A DNA stretch of 64,000 nt from an uncultured virus (IMG/VR IMGVR_UViG_3300025922_000001). Taxonomy: Duplodnaviria > Heunggongvirae > Uroviricota > Caudoviricetes. Shown piece by piece: positions 29,293 to 40,147 of this stretch (position 1 is the stretch's first letter; each line of letters starts with the position of its first letter). The translations under genes were made by a program, and so were the position numbers. Under the pieces are notes generated by a model. The model did no database searches. It was not told where the DNA came from and saw nothing but the letters and a program-made list of their open reading frames with translations. The DNA is taken from IMG/VR virus record IMGVR_UViG_3300025922_000001; one strand, written 5' to 3'.

Positions 29293-29946
29293 ATGGCGAG
29301 AGCAGCGGTCATGCGTTGCCGAAAGTTGAAGCGCGGCGGAGTCGGTGAGTGTAGGATGCCGGCCGGTGATGGAACGAAGCATCGCGGATACGGGCCGTGT
29401 CGCATTCACGGTAAGGCAGTCGAGCATAGGGCGTGGGAGATGGCGATGGATGTAGCACGGGAACTGCACATCTCACCGTGGGAAGCATTGCTCAAGAGCG
29501 TAAGGCTGAGCGCCGGACGCGTGGCATGGGTCGATGAGCAGCTTCGTGAGGCAACACGAAGGAATGATGGTGAGGAGAGTGCAAGTGAAGTCAGGATCTG
29601 GCTGAAGGAAAGTCGAGACGAGAGGACGCACCTGGCTAAGGTCTCGAAAGCAGCCATCGACGCGGGTGTCGCGGAAAGACTCGTACGAAATGTCGAGTTG
29701 GAGGGGCAGTTGGTGGCGGAGGTCATCGGGCGAGTGCTTGACAAGCTTTCACTGGACCCCGCGATGAGGGTGCTGGCTTTCGAGGAGGCGCATCGGCAGC
29801 TGCTAGTACTAGAGGCCCCGTCTGGTACCCCAGTAGAGGTGCAGGGCACATGGAGTCCGCCGGGGGTTGTCGACCCTGGGGTTGATAGCGGGGGCGGTCC
29901 GGGGAGGTCTGAGGAGGATGACCATGGAGATGGAACGCGATCGTAG
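29293..29946 (+). CDS. terminase-small-subunit-like protein
   Basis: N-terminal C...C..PAG.GT.H.G.G.C..HG; C-terminal ER..LAK..KAAIDAGVAER helical region. Confidence 0.55.
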   Translation: MARAAVMRCRKLKRGGVGECRMPAGDGTKHRGYGPCRIHGKAVEHRAWEMAMDVARELHISPWEALLKSVRLSAGRVAWVDEQLREATRRNDGEESASEVRIWLKESRDERTHLAKVSKAAIDAGVAERLVRNVELEGQLVAEVIGRVLDKLSLDPAMRVLAFEEAHRQLLVLEAPSGTPVEVQGTWSPPGVVDPGVDSGGGPGRSEEDDHGDGTRS

Positions 29947-31247
29947 AATTGTCATGCAGCGGCTCGCTGACTCACTGGACATTCCGGTGGAGTTGCTTGA
30001 CATGGACGCACCGGGTGTTGGAGCCACATACGAGATGCCGATGGGATACGGCGTAGGCATCGTCACGGCATTGGGTATACTCATTGAGGAGTGCCGGGCG
30101 ACACAACGCATTCGTGAAGACGCGCCGCTAGTCGTCTCGCTGGGAAGAGACGTAATTCGGATCCTAGAGCAGCGAGGAAGACTGCTAGGTGGAGACGCTG
30201 GTGCGAAGAGATACGTGATGGTGGGAGATGAGAAGGTTGAGGTGCAAGAGGACGGTTGGATAACATCCGGAAGAAACATCATCACGGGATTCATTGATGG
30301 GGTAGGTGGAGGTGCGAAGGTGCAGGCACCACCCACTGGACCCAGGCCGAAGCCATTTAAGAAGAGAGGCAAGCGATGACAAAAGAAGATGACGCCGTTG
30401 CCGAGCTAGGCGATGACATGAAGCATGCGATGGCTGACGTCATCAGATCGGTGCAGATGTGTGAAGGGTTGCACCCGTCTGCGACGTTGAAGCACATAGG
30501 ACCACTCGAGCTGTACATCTGTGATGATCCTCAGTGCGCGCACATCATCGCAAAGTGCACGCACCAGGTTGAGATTCCCGAGAATGAGGACACCGTTCCA
30601 CGTAAGTTTGTAAAGAGTATCTGCGAGTGGAACAAAGATGGCACCGTATTGACGTGCACGTTCTGTGGTAAGGATGGCACGTGATGGAAGGTAAGCTAGG
30701 CGAGTCATCATGGCGTGTACTCGATCGTGTCTTGGCCGAGTATGGTCGTCGCATTGATGAACTTCATGACGCGCGTGAAGCTCAGGCTCGTGATAACGTG
30801 GTTCGTGACAAGCGCACTGAGAAGCTCGTCGAGCGACTGGACCGTGCCTACACCAAGATCCACGCGTTGGAAAAGAAGACGAGAGGGCTGGGTGAGACGT
30901 GAGAGTGTGCGATTGTGACGCGAGTTGGTGCCTCGGTGATGACTGCCCTCATGAGGTTTGCTGGACCGATCGCTTGCCCTGCCCGAAAGGCGTAGACGAT
31001 GTGGCACGATGAAAAGATTTGCGTGAGTGAAAAGAGATTCATCGCTGGATCATGGCTTGTCGTAGGCATGGGGTTGGGGATGGCGCTGTTGAGCGTCATT
31101 AGGAGGATGCGTGCCTAGGGAATTGCACTGGTCAATCGGTGATCACGATGAGCAAGATGAAGTGAAGACGCCGTGTGCCTGGTGCCAAGAGCCTGACGGC
31201 GATGACTGTCGTTGCTACGCTGAGCAAGATGAAGAGGAGTACGCACG

Positions 31248-31934
31248 GTGAAGGTTGACCTGCTCGCGTTCACGGCTATCACGCCTACTGCACTTGAGGT
31301 CTTGGAGTACCAGCGAGGAACAGCAGCGGCCGATCACCTTGCGGAACTCGGTGGCCGCGAATGCTACCAGTCTTTTCACCGGCCTAATCCGAAGACGTCG
31401 GACAACGAGGATTACCTCAAGCACATTCTCGAGATTGATCACACGTCAATCATGGAACACTCGAGCGCGACGTTCCGCATCACCTTCGTGAGTAGGAATT
31501 TGCTTGTTGAGCTGACCCGTCACAGGCATCTCTCGTTCTCGGTCCAGTCACAGCGTTACGTCGACGAGTCGCATGGTCAGATGATCATTCCACCGGACAT
31601 CATGGGAGATACGGCACTCTCTGGACTTGTGGAGAAGATTGATCACTTCCATCAGGACGCGAAGATTCTTTACGATGAGATCGTTGATACGATGATGAAA
31701 GAGGGCTACAAGCGCAAGCAGGCAAGGCAAGCGGCCAGGGCCGTGCTCCCAGGTGGGCACGAGACGCGCATCATCGTCACGGGAAACATTCGCGCGTGGC
31801 GACACGTAATTCACATGCGCTTTAGCGAGCACGCTGATGTGGAGATTCGCGAGATGGCCAAGCAAATTCTTGGACACTTGCGCATCATCGCACCGAACCA
31901 GGTGCAGGATATCAGCGACGATCCTCGTCAGTGA
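31248..31934 (+). CDS. thyX: flavin-dependent thymidylate synthase
   Basis: HTSIMEH, ELTRHRHLSFSVQSQRYV, AR.VLP, N.RAW, EIR. Confidence 0.96.
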   Translation: MKVDLLAFTAITPTALEVLEYQRGTAAADHLAELGGRECYQSFHRPNPKTSDNEDYLKHILEIDHTSIMEHSSATFRITFVSRNLLVELTRHRHLSFSVQSQRYVDESHGQMIIPPDIMGDTALSGLVEKIDHFHQDAKILYDEIVDTMMKEGYKRKQARQAARAVLPGGHETRIIVTGNIRAWRHVIHMRFSEHADVEIREMAKQILGHLRIIAPNQVQDISDDPRQ

Positions 31935-34040
31935 AAAGACCTGATAGGATCAGGCAATGGACATGGAAGATAAGATCGATCAGCTGACGGAGCGAGTGGA
32001 GCAGCTTGCCGCCCGACTGGAGAACATCGAGTTTACGTTGGGCATCAGGCCAACGTCTTTGCAACCGCTTAGTTCGTGCGCACTCGACGAAATTAGGGGT
32101 CGGCTGACTGCACTTGAAATGGCAACGGGCACCAACGGGTATTGATGAAGGGAAATAGGGTTGCCAAAGTGAAGCGACTTCGTCAGTTCTTCTGCTTGAT
32201 GATCACTGCACATAGTATGTCAGAGATGATCACTCATCCATTCGATTTTCCTGCTGGCTTTCGATGCTCACGCTGTGGAGCAGAGCTGTGGCTGTATTAA
32301 ACACGATAGGAGGTAAGTGCATGCACTGGACCGCTGCATTGATCATTGGCATCGTCGTAGGTGTACTCGCCACGTTGCTGATCATTCGGCACTATCTTAA
32401 GGACATGTGGCGATGAATACACTCGAGATCATTGGCACTGCAGTGCTGCTGTCGGGCTGCTTGTTCGTAATCATCATCGCTCTCGTGCTATGGAGTCAGC
32501 GACGATGAAGCCCATTACGTTTGACGTGCAGTATTGGCCCGGGGTGAAGGGCAAGAACCCAAGCCGGATCACTCTCGATGACGGCCGCACTATGATGACC
32601 GATCTTCGCAAGCTACTTCGCGATCCCGCGGTGCGTGGAGTGCAGGTCACTGTAGAGAAGACTCATAGCGGGGAGTTCTGATGGTCATCTTCGGGCTTGA
32701 GTTCTTCAAGCGATTGAGATTTAGGCTGACTGTTGGGTACTGGTGTAGACATTACACGTGGACACCCTGGGAGCGTGTCAATGACTATGGTCTTCGCATG
32801 CAGCAGTGCGAGAGCTGTGGGATCAGGCGAACGCGGTGAGCAACAGAGTTGTCCTACGACATCAGTGTCCCGATTGCGGGGCAAAGATCGCTGTGCCCGC
32901 GGATGTCGTGCTCGGTGATGACATGAGCCTCTCGATCATCCCCATCGAGGATGAGCTCTATGATGCAATGGTGAGGCACGTGGAGCTGAATCCGGAGATT
33001 CATCCCACGTTTACGAATGAGGAGACAGAATAGTGGGTTGCGACGACGGCACCGTCATCTTTGACTCGATGGTGGAAATTGTCGACAAGGTGATGAAAGA
33101 GTTCTCGGGTCCAGCAGCGGGCGAGGAGTCGATCACCGAATTCGTCGATGCTCTTATTCGAGACGATGTGAAAAGGTTTGCCGCGTTCTTGCACACTCGA
33201 GGCTGGAACTGCGTGGATGAATCGCAGTACTACGATCGCTTCACGCAGGAGCTTGAGGACTGGAGCAATGACGAATACGAGGAGTGGTTGCTTGAGCAAA
33301 TCGGCGAGTACCCAACACTCGCACCGCAGTACTTCGCGAGACTGAAGGTGTTGCACGACAGGATGGGGAAGAGCGATGCGAGTACGCAAGTGTAGCTGGT
33401 GTCAGATTAGGTTGAAGTGGTGGCAGATTTGGCATTGCCCGATTTGTCGACGTCGTGTGAATGGCTGATGCATGATGTGTAGCCCAATGCCCGACATAGA
33501 TGATGACGATGTTGACGCGCCAGGACCATGCGCGCGTCATCCAGGGTGTGACACCTGCACCTGCGAAAAATGTCCAGAGACATCGCAGTGGTCAACACTT
33601 ATTGGCACGCTGCCATGTCTGACGAAGACGTGCACGTGGCCGACATGTGAGGTGACACAGTGACAGAGATTCTTGGCTGGCTTGCCGCGTACATCGTTCT
33701 CGCAGTCGTTGCCGACCGCTTTGGCACGCATATGTTCTTTCGCCTGCTTGCTAAGAAGTACAGGCGATGGGGATACACTGTCACACTTAAGCAAAGCATC
33801 TTCATGAATGAACTTCACGCGCATAAGCATGGAAAGTGCTCTATTTACATGAAGGTAGGACGGGTTCCGTGGCGCCACTGAAGTGCACCCAGCCATGCTG
33901 GTACCTGTGTCCACAGGACTGCTGGTGCGAGTGTCACACTGGACCCAAGGCCGGTGCACGCATGCCTCTTGTTGCTGAGAATGATGGGATGTGTTACCGT
34001 CGGTATCACAATACCCATGTCATAGGCAATGGAGAACAGC

Positions 34041-35396
34041 ATGAAGATCACACGGACAGCGAGCGCACTGTTCGCATGTCTCGCACTGGGCGCTTGCGTT
34101 CAGCCACTGGCGGAAGCGGCACCCGCCGCGACCTCCCTACCGCGAATCAGTTTCTCGAGCACTGGCTTCAGCAAGAGCAGCACCGGAGCCGCATTCATTC
34201 TGCGCGGTACAAACTACCTACGATTGCACGACAGTGGAGGCGTGTGGTATCTCTCGCACTTCGAACCTGGGCAGTACGACGGCACCGCGATGGAGACGAT
34301 GCTGAAGGCCCAGGTAGCAGACGGTAACAACGTCGTACGAATCTTCATCGACGAAGGTCGCCCCCTTGATTCACAGGTGGGTGACCTTCACGGTATCGGA
34401 CGAGGCATGGAGGATGAGCGTCCATACGACCCCGCGTACATGGACAACGTCGCGGACTTCGTCAAGCGAGCGATTGCGAACAAGATCTACGTCATTCCCG
34501 TGACGTACCGATTCCCGCAAAGCTGCTTCTACTTCAGGATCGTCCAGGGAGATGGCACCTGCAGCGTGACGCCAAGGACGCCGAACATCGAGGGACGTAA
34601 CGCTCTCTTCATGGACACGGGATACGTTGCAGCGAAGCGAGAGTACCTGAAGCAGTTCAGCACGGGCCTGCTTTCACGCATTGGGCAGGAGAACAGCAGC
34701 GCGATCATCGCGTATGAGGCTGAGAATGAGGCCTACTACCCCACGAACAAGCTTCCGTGGAGCATGTCGAGTGGAACCATCACACCGTCTGATGGTGGAA
34801 CGTACGATATGGGCGTTCCAAGTGAGCGGCAGCAGGCAGCCGACGCCACGCTGGTGCGATACACACTTGAGGCGAAGGCAGGCTTGTTTGAGGGAGACCC
34901 GAACGGGAAGCTGATGATGGGGTTCTACGGGCATCAAGCGGTGGGAAAGGGAGACGGCCCGAGCGGGCTGATGACGAGCTGTAGCACGGCGTGTGATGCC
35001 TCCCTGGACTATCGATACCCAGCGCGCGGTCTTATCGCAGCGATGTACGGGGCGGTCGACGTGGTGGATATCCACCTGTACCCACGTGCTGGTACGTATG
35101 ACGTGGCGAGTGATCTTCGCTCAGCGGAGGCGCATCTCATCACGAACAAGCCGTGGTTCATCGGCGAGCTAGGCGCATTCCGCGACGTGTACGCGAATGA
35201 TCCGGTAGCAGCGGGCAATGGGATGCGAAGCGCGAGGGCATCATCATGCGGTGTTGGTGCTGGAGCGAAGGGAGCACTTGGGTGGACGTGGGACACGCAG
35301 GACAATGACGACCAGCGACGGCTGCTCACATCACTGGACCCAAGCATCCGTAAGGCGTTCTCCACGAAGGTCCAGCCGAACATGTGCAAGCGATAG
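34041..35396 (+). CDS. secreted clan GH-A (GH5-like) glycoside hydrolase
   Basis: Signal peptide; RGTNY, NVVRIF, YEAENE acid/base, DIHLY, PWFIGELG nucleophile, WTW. Confidence 0.75.
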   Translation: MKITRTASALFACLALGACVQPLAEAAPAATSLPRISFSSTGFSKSSTGAAFILRGTNYLRLHDSGGVWYLSHFEPGQYDGTAMETMLKAQVADGNNVVRIFIDEGRPLDSQVGDLHGIGRGMEDERPYDPAYMDNVADFVKRAIANKIYVIPVTYRFPQSCFYFRIVQGDGTCSVTPRTPNIEGRNALFMDTGYVAAKREYLKQFSTGLLSRIGQENSSAIIAYEAENEAYYPTNKLPWSMSSGTITPSDGGTYDMGVPSERQQAADATLVRYTLEAKAGLFEGDPNGKLMMGFYGHQAVGKGDGPSGLMTSCSTACDASLDYRYPARGLIAAMYGAVDVVDIHLYPRAGTYDVASDLRSAEAHLITNKPWFIGELGAFRDVYANDPVAAGNGMRSARASSCGVGAGAKGALGWTWDTQDNDDQRRLLTSLDPSIRKAFSTKVQPNMCKR

Positions 35397-35461
35397 TTTG
35401 CACAGTAATGGGACTTATGATAAAGTTAGTCTTGCACCACTTGCAGGAATAAGGAGAGCAC

Positions 35462-35710
35462 GTGCATCAGTTATGGTCATGGGGTTTGATGATTGTCGGA
35501 GTCACCGGTTTGTATCTCGCCGGACGAGGAGGTCGCGCCACGGTCGCGGGTTGGATCGTCGGTGCGGCTGCACAGATCCTGTGGTTCATCTACGCGATCG
35601 TGACGAAGCAGTATGGCTTCCTCGTCTCGGCTATCGCGTACGGCTCCATCATCGTGTTGAACTTGCGAAAGGCGCTTGTGCGTCAACGTGAGGACGACGC
35701 GCAGAAGTAA
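35462..35710 (+). CDS. small 3-TM membrane protein (PnuC-like)
   Basis: Three hydrophobic segments, GW.VG...Q.LW..YA...QYGF. Confidence 0.6.
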   Translation: MHQLWSWGLMIVGVTGLYLAGRGGRATVAGWIVGAAAQILWFIYAIVTKQYGFLVSAIAYGSIIVLNLRKALVRQREDDAQK

Positions 35711-35723
35711 CGAGTAAGCGAGA

Positions 35724-35760
35724 CGGTGGGAGAGACGAAAGTTTCTCCCACTTTCTTGTT
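35724..35760 (+). terminator. intrinsic terminator
   Basis: GTGGGAGAGAC-GAAA-GTTTCTCCCAC then TTTCTTGTT; related copy at 36385-36418. Confidence 0.7.
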
Positions 35761-35794
35761 TGCATTAGTATGAACGCCTAGTACTGTAGTCTTA
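35758..35794 (+). promoter_or_regulatory. repeated early-type promoter
   Basis: GTTTGCA...TACTGT-AGTCTTA, near-duplicate of 50511-50548. Confidence 0.75.
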
Positions 35795-35826
35795 CAAGCA
35801 AAACAACCAGAACTTAGGAGAGCACG

Positions 35827-36138
35827 ATGGCTGCCACGATCACGGTTACGAAGTCCGACAAGGTCGACTACGATGGCGAGACCCTCTGGACCGTCACCAT
35901 GGACAAGACCGTGATCGGCACCGTCCGCAAGGACACGACCACCACGTACAAGATGTCTGGCATGATTCGCGTGGGTCAGACGATCAAGAAGGGTTGGAGC
36001 TGGGAGATGACGAACGCGACCCGCGTGGCCGCGAATGTGAACCGAACCTGCGCACGGAGCAACTTCGTCCAGACGAGCAAGGTGAAGGCCGTCGCCGCGA
36101 TGATTGACATGTACACCACGTTCGCCGCCCGTGTCTGA
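35827..36138 (+). CDS. small early-region hypothetical protein
   Basis: Promoter plus TTAGGAGAGC RBS; high GC3. Confidence 0.75.
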   Translation: MAATITVTKSDKVDYDGETLWTVTMDKTVIGTVRKDTTTTYKMSGMIRVGQTIKKGWSWEMTNATRVAANVNRTCARSNFVQTSKVKAVAAMIDMYTTFAARV

Positions 36139-36702
36139 TGGTGGCATCGGCAACCACCCGGGTTCGAGGCCCGGGGCCGCACTATTCCACGCACGAATTT
36201 TAGGAGAGCATCATGGAACACGATGAAGTGAGTGACGCGGCGACCCGTCTGCGCAAGTACCTCGCGGACTTCGCCACCTTGGGTGGAGTCGACCAAGAGG
36301 TTATTCACCGGGCAAACTACTCGGAGCTGCGACGTTCCGACCTCACGCTCGTCTTGGACGCGTTGGGACGAGACCGCTAAGTGAGGGTGGGAGAGTCCTT
36401 TGGGATTCTCCCACTTTGTCGTTTGCTTGATCACAGGAGTGTGGTAGAGTAGTCACTAGCGGGAAAAGATCCGAGCACGGGAGACGACATGCCGACGAAG
36501 ACCGCGATTCGCTACGACGTTACGCTCATGGGATCGCTCATCGGTGAGGGCTTCGGCATCGAGAGCGCCGAGGACCGGGCGCGCGAGTTGTCGCAGAGCG
36601 CCTTCACGGGCCGCCTCATCTGGGTGATGGACGTGTGTGGACTTGACGTGATCGCCGAGTTCCGCAACGGTGAGAAGCTCGTTGCATAAATCACACGTGG
36701 TG

Positions 36703-36739
36703 GTTTACATAATCACACATGTGTGATACGATTAGTTTA
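36703..36739 (+). promoter_or_regulatory. repeated early-type promoter with ATCAC-N6-GTGAT palindrome
   Basis: GTTTACA-taATCACacatgtGTGA-TACGAT. Confidence 0.75.
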
Positions 36740-37083
36740 CGCACAACAACTACACAGACCCTGGAGCCTCACATGAAGGAGAACACTTCCGTCACGGTCC
36801 CCGGAACGACCGTGAAGATCGCGATCATGCAGACGATCGAGGGCGGGTGGAAGGTCACTCGCACCCAGCAGTTCGGCATCGCACGACGAGTTGATGTCAC
36901 GTTCCCCGCCAACTCACGGGAAGCAGCGAAGGTGTTCGCCGACGTCTGCTGGACCAACGCAGTGGATGCTCGTAACGAGCAGATTGCACGTGCGGACACG
37001 GACGCGTACGCTGGTTTTCACCGCGCTCAAGCACGCAATTCGTTCATCATCGAAGTACGTTTCGACGATTAATCACGTTGCCT

Positions 37084-37120
37084 GTTTACACGAGTGCAGG
37101 ATCCTGTTAGATTTATCATA
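37084..37120 (+). promoter_or_regulatory. repeated early-type promoter
   Basis: GTTTACA-N17-TAGATT with TG extension. Confidence 0.75.
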
Positions 37121-37155
37121 TCACCACGAACCACCCCGGATCCAAGGAGAGACTC

Positions 37156-37422
37156 ATGGCGATCGCCACCACGACCCGCTTCGTTCCCAAGAAGACCGGC
37201 GCCGGCGATTTCATCTGGGTGGGCGTCGACAGCAAGTCGTACGCGCTGGTCGGGGTCGGCACCACGAGCCGGGTCCAGATCGACAGCCGTCGTGAGATGA
37301 GGGTTTCGAAGAGCTCGTTCGGCAAGGGCTGGGACTTGATCATCGACGGCGAGGTGTTCGACACGTACCGCCTGAAGGTTGACGCCCAGTGGGACGGCAT
37401 CGAGTACATCACCGCCCCCTGA
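37156..37422 (+). CDS. small early-region hypothetical protein
   Basis: Promoter plus AAGGAGAG RBS. Confidence 0.75.
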   Translation: MAIATTTRFVPKKTGAGDFIWVGVDSKSYALVGVGTTSRVQIDSRREMRVSKSSFGKGWDLIIDGEVFDTYRLKVDAQWDGIEYITAP

Positions 37423-37474
37423 TCTTTACCGCATCACTTCACACATCACGCACAATCGATCTTAGGAGAGCACC

Positions 37475-37741
37475 ATGGCCAAGTACGCCGTCCAGGTTTT
37501 CGTCAACCGCAAGTACATCACCATCATGGAGAGCGCGAAGGCGACCGCCGGCCACCTCTCGAACGTGATGGACAAGTTCATCGCGTTCAACCGCACGGGT
37601 GACACCAAGTTCATCGCGACTGGTGTCGCGATCGAGTCGCTCGCTGACCGCGCCACCCGCCTCATCCGCATCCCGGCCGACGGTGTCAAGCCGATCGTTC
37701 TTCGCAAGGGCCGCACCACGGCGGAGAAGATCGCCGCGTAG
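37475..37741 (+). CDS. small early-region hypothetical protein
   Basis: TTAGGAGAGC RBS, high GC3. Confidence 0.75.
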   Translation: MAKYAVQVFVNRKYITIMESAKATAGHLSNVMDKFIAFNRTGDTKFIATGVAIESLADRATRLIRIPADGVKPIVLRKGRTTAEKIAA

Positions 37742-37799
37742 TTCGCTTGACAGCCCGTGCGTGCGCTCGCAGATCGGCGCACGGGCACTCATATTGCTT

Positions 37800-37836
37800 G
37801 TTTACACCGAGTGCGTGATGTGATAGATTTGTCTTA
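37800..37836 (+). promoter_or_regulatory. repeated early-type promoter
   Basis: GTTTACA-N17-TAGATT-tGTCTTA. Confidence 0.75.
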
Positions 37837-38146
37837 GCACCACGAAGGCCCCAGGAACTTAGGAGAGTATGATGCTATACGAGTACAAGCTTACGTTTTC
37901 GAAAGAGCGCAACGCTTTTGTGGATGAGACGGCGACGATCACCATCAATTCGACCATTGACCCCGCGACTCTCGTTCTCCGCGGTGAGTACACCTTGGGC
38001 GATTACGAGTACGTGCAGGGGAAGCTGGGTGAGCTCGAAGCACTTGCTCGCTCTCACTACGATGACATCATCGGGCTGCACGACTTCACGTCCGTTGAGT
38101 GCCCTGACGGCACGGTCGTCGAGCCGAGCTGATCATCACATTGCCT

Positions 38147-38183
38147 GTTTACATCATCACACGATCCTGTTAGATTTGTCTTA
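38147..38183 (+). promoter_or_regulatory. repeated early-type promoter heading the hammerhead 1-3 transcript
   Basis: GTTTACA-N17-TAGATT-tGTCTTA. Confidence 0.75.
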
Positions 38184-38426
38184 ACACCGAAAACGACGTA
38201 GGAGAGCATGATGCTGAAGACGATGCAGGTTGGCACGCACGGCGCGTTCTCGTTTGACGAGAAGATTTACAACGCGATGATCAAGCTGCCTCGTCCGACG
38301 CTGTACGCGACCGTGAAGAACATCTACGATGGCACGGGCGTCACCGGTCTCGCGACCCTCAAGAAGGCTGAGCTTGCCGCGATCGTGTCGGACGTCGCGA
38401 CCGCCATCGCGTAGCGTTACTACCCA

Positions 38427-38486
38427 GGACGAAACCCACGGCCGAGAGGTAGCGGGTCTGCGGGTGATGCCCGCACTGATGAGTCC
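38427..38486 (+). ncRNA. hammerhead ribozyme 1 (type II), cleavage after C38458
   Basis: GGAC-GAAA-CCC...GGG-TC / TGCGGG-tgatg-CCCGCA / CTGATGA-GTCC. Confidence 0.92.
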
Positions 38487-38503
38487 GATGTAAGGAGAGC
38501 AAG

Positions 38504-38650
38504 ATGATTCCTGAGAACGTGCTGACCCTGCCTGCGGCACTGGGACTACACAGTCCGAAGAAGAAGTGTCCTGACTGCGGTGGCTCGGGCGTCAGCCCCG
38601 ATGGCGACGAGTGTCAGTACTGCTCGGGTCAAGGCTGGACGCACCACTAG
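38504..38650 (+). CDS. 48-aa Zn-finger peptide flanked by hammerheads
   Basis: AGGAGAGC RBS; CPDCGGSG...CQYCSGQG. Confidence 0.75.
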   Translation: MIPENVLTLPAALGLHSPKKKCPDCGGSGVSPDGDECQYCSGQGWTHH

Positions 38651-38719
38651 CTATGATGAAACACCCACGCCGGGAGGCGTTGGTGTCCACCGGTAAAACC
38701 GGTGCTGATGAGTCCATAG
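38651..38719 (+). ncRNA. hammerhead ribozyme 2 (type II), cleavage after C38687
   Basis: CTATGAT-GAAA-CACC...GGTG-TC / CACCGG-taaaa-CCGGTG / CTGATGA-GTCCATAG. Confidence 0.85.
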
Positions 38720-38736
38720 GAATTTAGGAGAGCAAG

Positions 38737-38850
38737 ATGCTTCCCAAGAGTATGATGAAGACCGGCGGCAAGGAAGACGAGGGTACGGCCGACGCCCGCA
38801 GGGAGCTCGAGAAGATGATCGAGGCGGAAGAGAAGAAGCAGGGCCAGTAG
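38737..38850 (+). CDS. 37-aa charged peptide flanked by hammerheads
   Basis: TTTAGGAGAGC RBS; TAG stop overlaps next ribozyme. Confidence 0.7.
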   Translation: MLPKSMMKTGGKEDEGTADARRELEKMIEAEEKKQGQ

Positions 38851-38911
38851 GACGAAACGCGCACGCTGGGAAGCGTCCGCGTCCACGGGTAAAGCCCGTG
38901 CTGATGAGTCC
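38850..38911 (+). ncRNA. hammerhead ribozyme 3 (type II), cleavage after C38883
   Basis: GGAC-GAAA-CGCG...CGCG-TC / CACGGG-taaag-CCCGTG / CTGATGA-GTCC. Confidence 0.92.
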
Positions 38912-39641
38912 AGGGAGAACGCATGAGTGATCACAATGCAAAGCAGGCCATCCCATCCTTGCTTCAGGCGGCGATGTACGTGTCGCCGACAGGCACCGAG
39001 CAGGCAGCGTTTGGCGCGCTGGTCAACAAGATGGAGGGTGCGGGAGAGCCGTCGACCGTCATCGCGCTCGCACTTGCTGACGCGATCAGCGACGGTGTCC
39101 GGGCGGGCAACTGGCCGAAGGTCGATGGCTGATGGTCGACAAGCCTGCTCCGAAGGAATCGCTCCGCGTCGCGACCAACCTTCTACTGCGCTCAGCGCTT
39201 CTGATTGCACCCGACGCGGCATCGCGCGACTTTCTGACGGGTATTGTTACTGCCGGACGGAAGCTAGCTCCGAGGGTGTCTGAGGCAGATGAGCCTAGCA
39301 TCATTCGATCTCTTGTCGTTGCACTGGACCAGGGTGTCACACACAGGAAGTGGCAACGGTGACGGGGCTGATGGGTAACATCATCTGGACCGTGCTATTC
39401 GTTGGCTCGAGTGTGGGCATCATGATCGCACTCGTACGACGCGCACGGAGGCGATGATGGCGAAGATGTTAAGTCGTGACCAGCTGCTTCTCTGGATCGG
39501 TGAGGATCCTCTTGGCCTGCGGGCCAACCTCGCTGCGTGGGCTGAACAGGCTGTCTCAGACATCCACGCGAACGTCGAACCGGGGTCCGAGCAGTTCTAC
39601 TCCTTGGTGCTGGCGGAGGTTCTCAGAAAGTGACTGACGTC

Positions 39642-39679
39642 GTTGTACACAATCACGTTAACGTGATACTGTAGTCTTA
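39642..39679 (+). promoter_or_regulatory. repeated early-type promoter with ATCAC-N6-GTGAT palindrome
   Basis: TTGTACA-caATCACgttaacGTGA-TACTGT-AGTCTTA. Confidence 0.75.
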
Positions 39680-39721
39680 GCACCGGAAAACAGCCCGAGT
39701 GCAGGACACAAGGAGAGAATC

Positions 39722-39892
39722 ATGCGCGAGCGCTACGTGATTTACGTTCACACGAGCCCCCACTTCGAGCCCACTGAGCTGTTCGTCTTCGCTGACAGCC
39801 CGGATGATGCGCTTGACACCGTGACGCACATGGTCAAGCAGCTAGGCGGCGACATCGGCAAGGCGCATGATGTGACGGTTAACGTCGACTAG
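39722..39892 (+). CDS. 56-aa hypothetical protein
   Basis: AGGAGAG RBS; stop overlaps hammerhead 4. Confidence 0.7.
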   Translation: MRERYVIYVHTSPHFEPTELFVFADSPDDALDTVTHMVKQLGGDIGKAHDVTVNVD

Positions 39893-39953
39893 GACGAAAC
39901 TGCATTGCCGGGAGGCGACGCGGTCCGCGGCTAACTGCCGCGCTGATGAGTCC
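39892..39953 (+). ncRNA. hammerhead ribozyme 4 (type II), cleavage after C39925
   Basis: GGAC-GAAA-CTGC...GCGG-TC / CGCGGC-taact-GCCGCG / CTGATGA-GTCC. Confidence 0.92.
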
Positions 39954-39970
39954 AGGGAATCAAGGAGAGC

Positions 39971-40147
39971 ATGATGCCTACGACGAAGTATGTTCTTCTG
40001 GTTGTGCGTGAGGACAACACGCAGCATGAGATTTCTGCGTGGGGTGTTGATGGGAATGACGCGGTTAACGTTCTTAAGTCAGTGATCGCATCAGCGGGTG
40101 GAGATGCAGGTATGGTGCTCATCACCGTCATTGATGAAGATTACTAG
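39971..40147 (+). CDS. 58-aa hypothetical protein flanked by hammerheads
   Basis: AAGGAGAGC RBS; stop overlaps hammerhead 5. Confidence 0.7.
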   Translation: MMPTTKYVLLVVREDNTQHEISAWGVDGNDAVNVLKSVIASAGGDAGMVLITVIDEDY

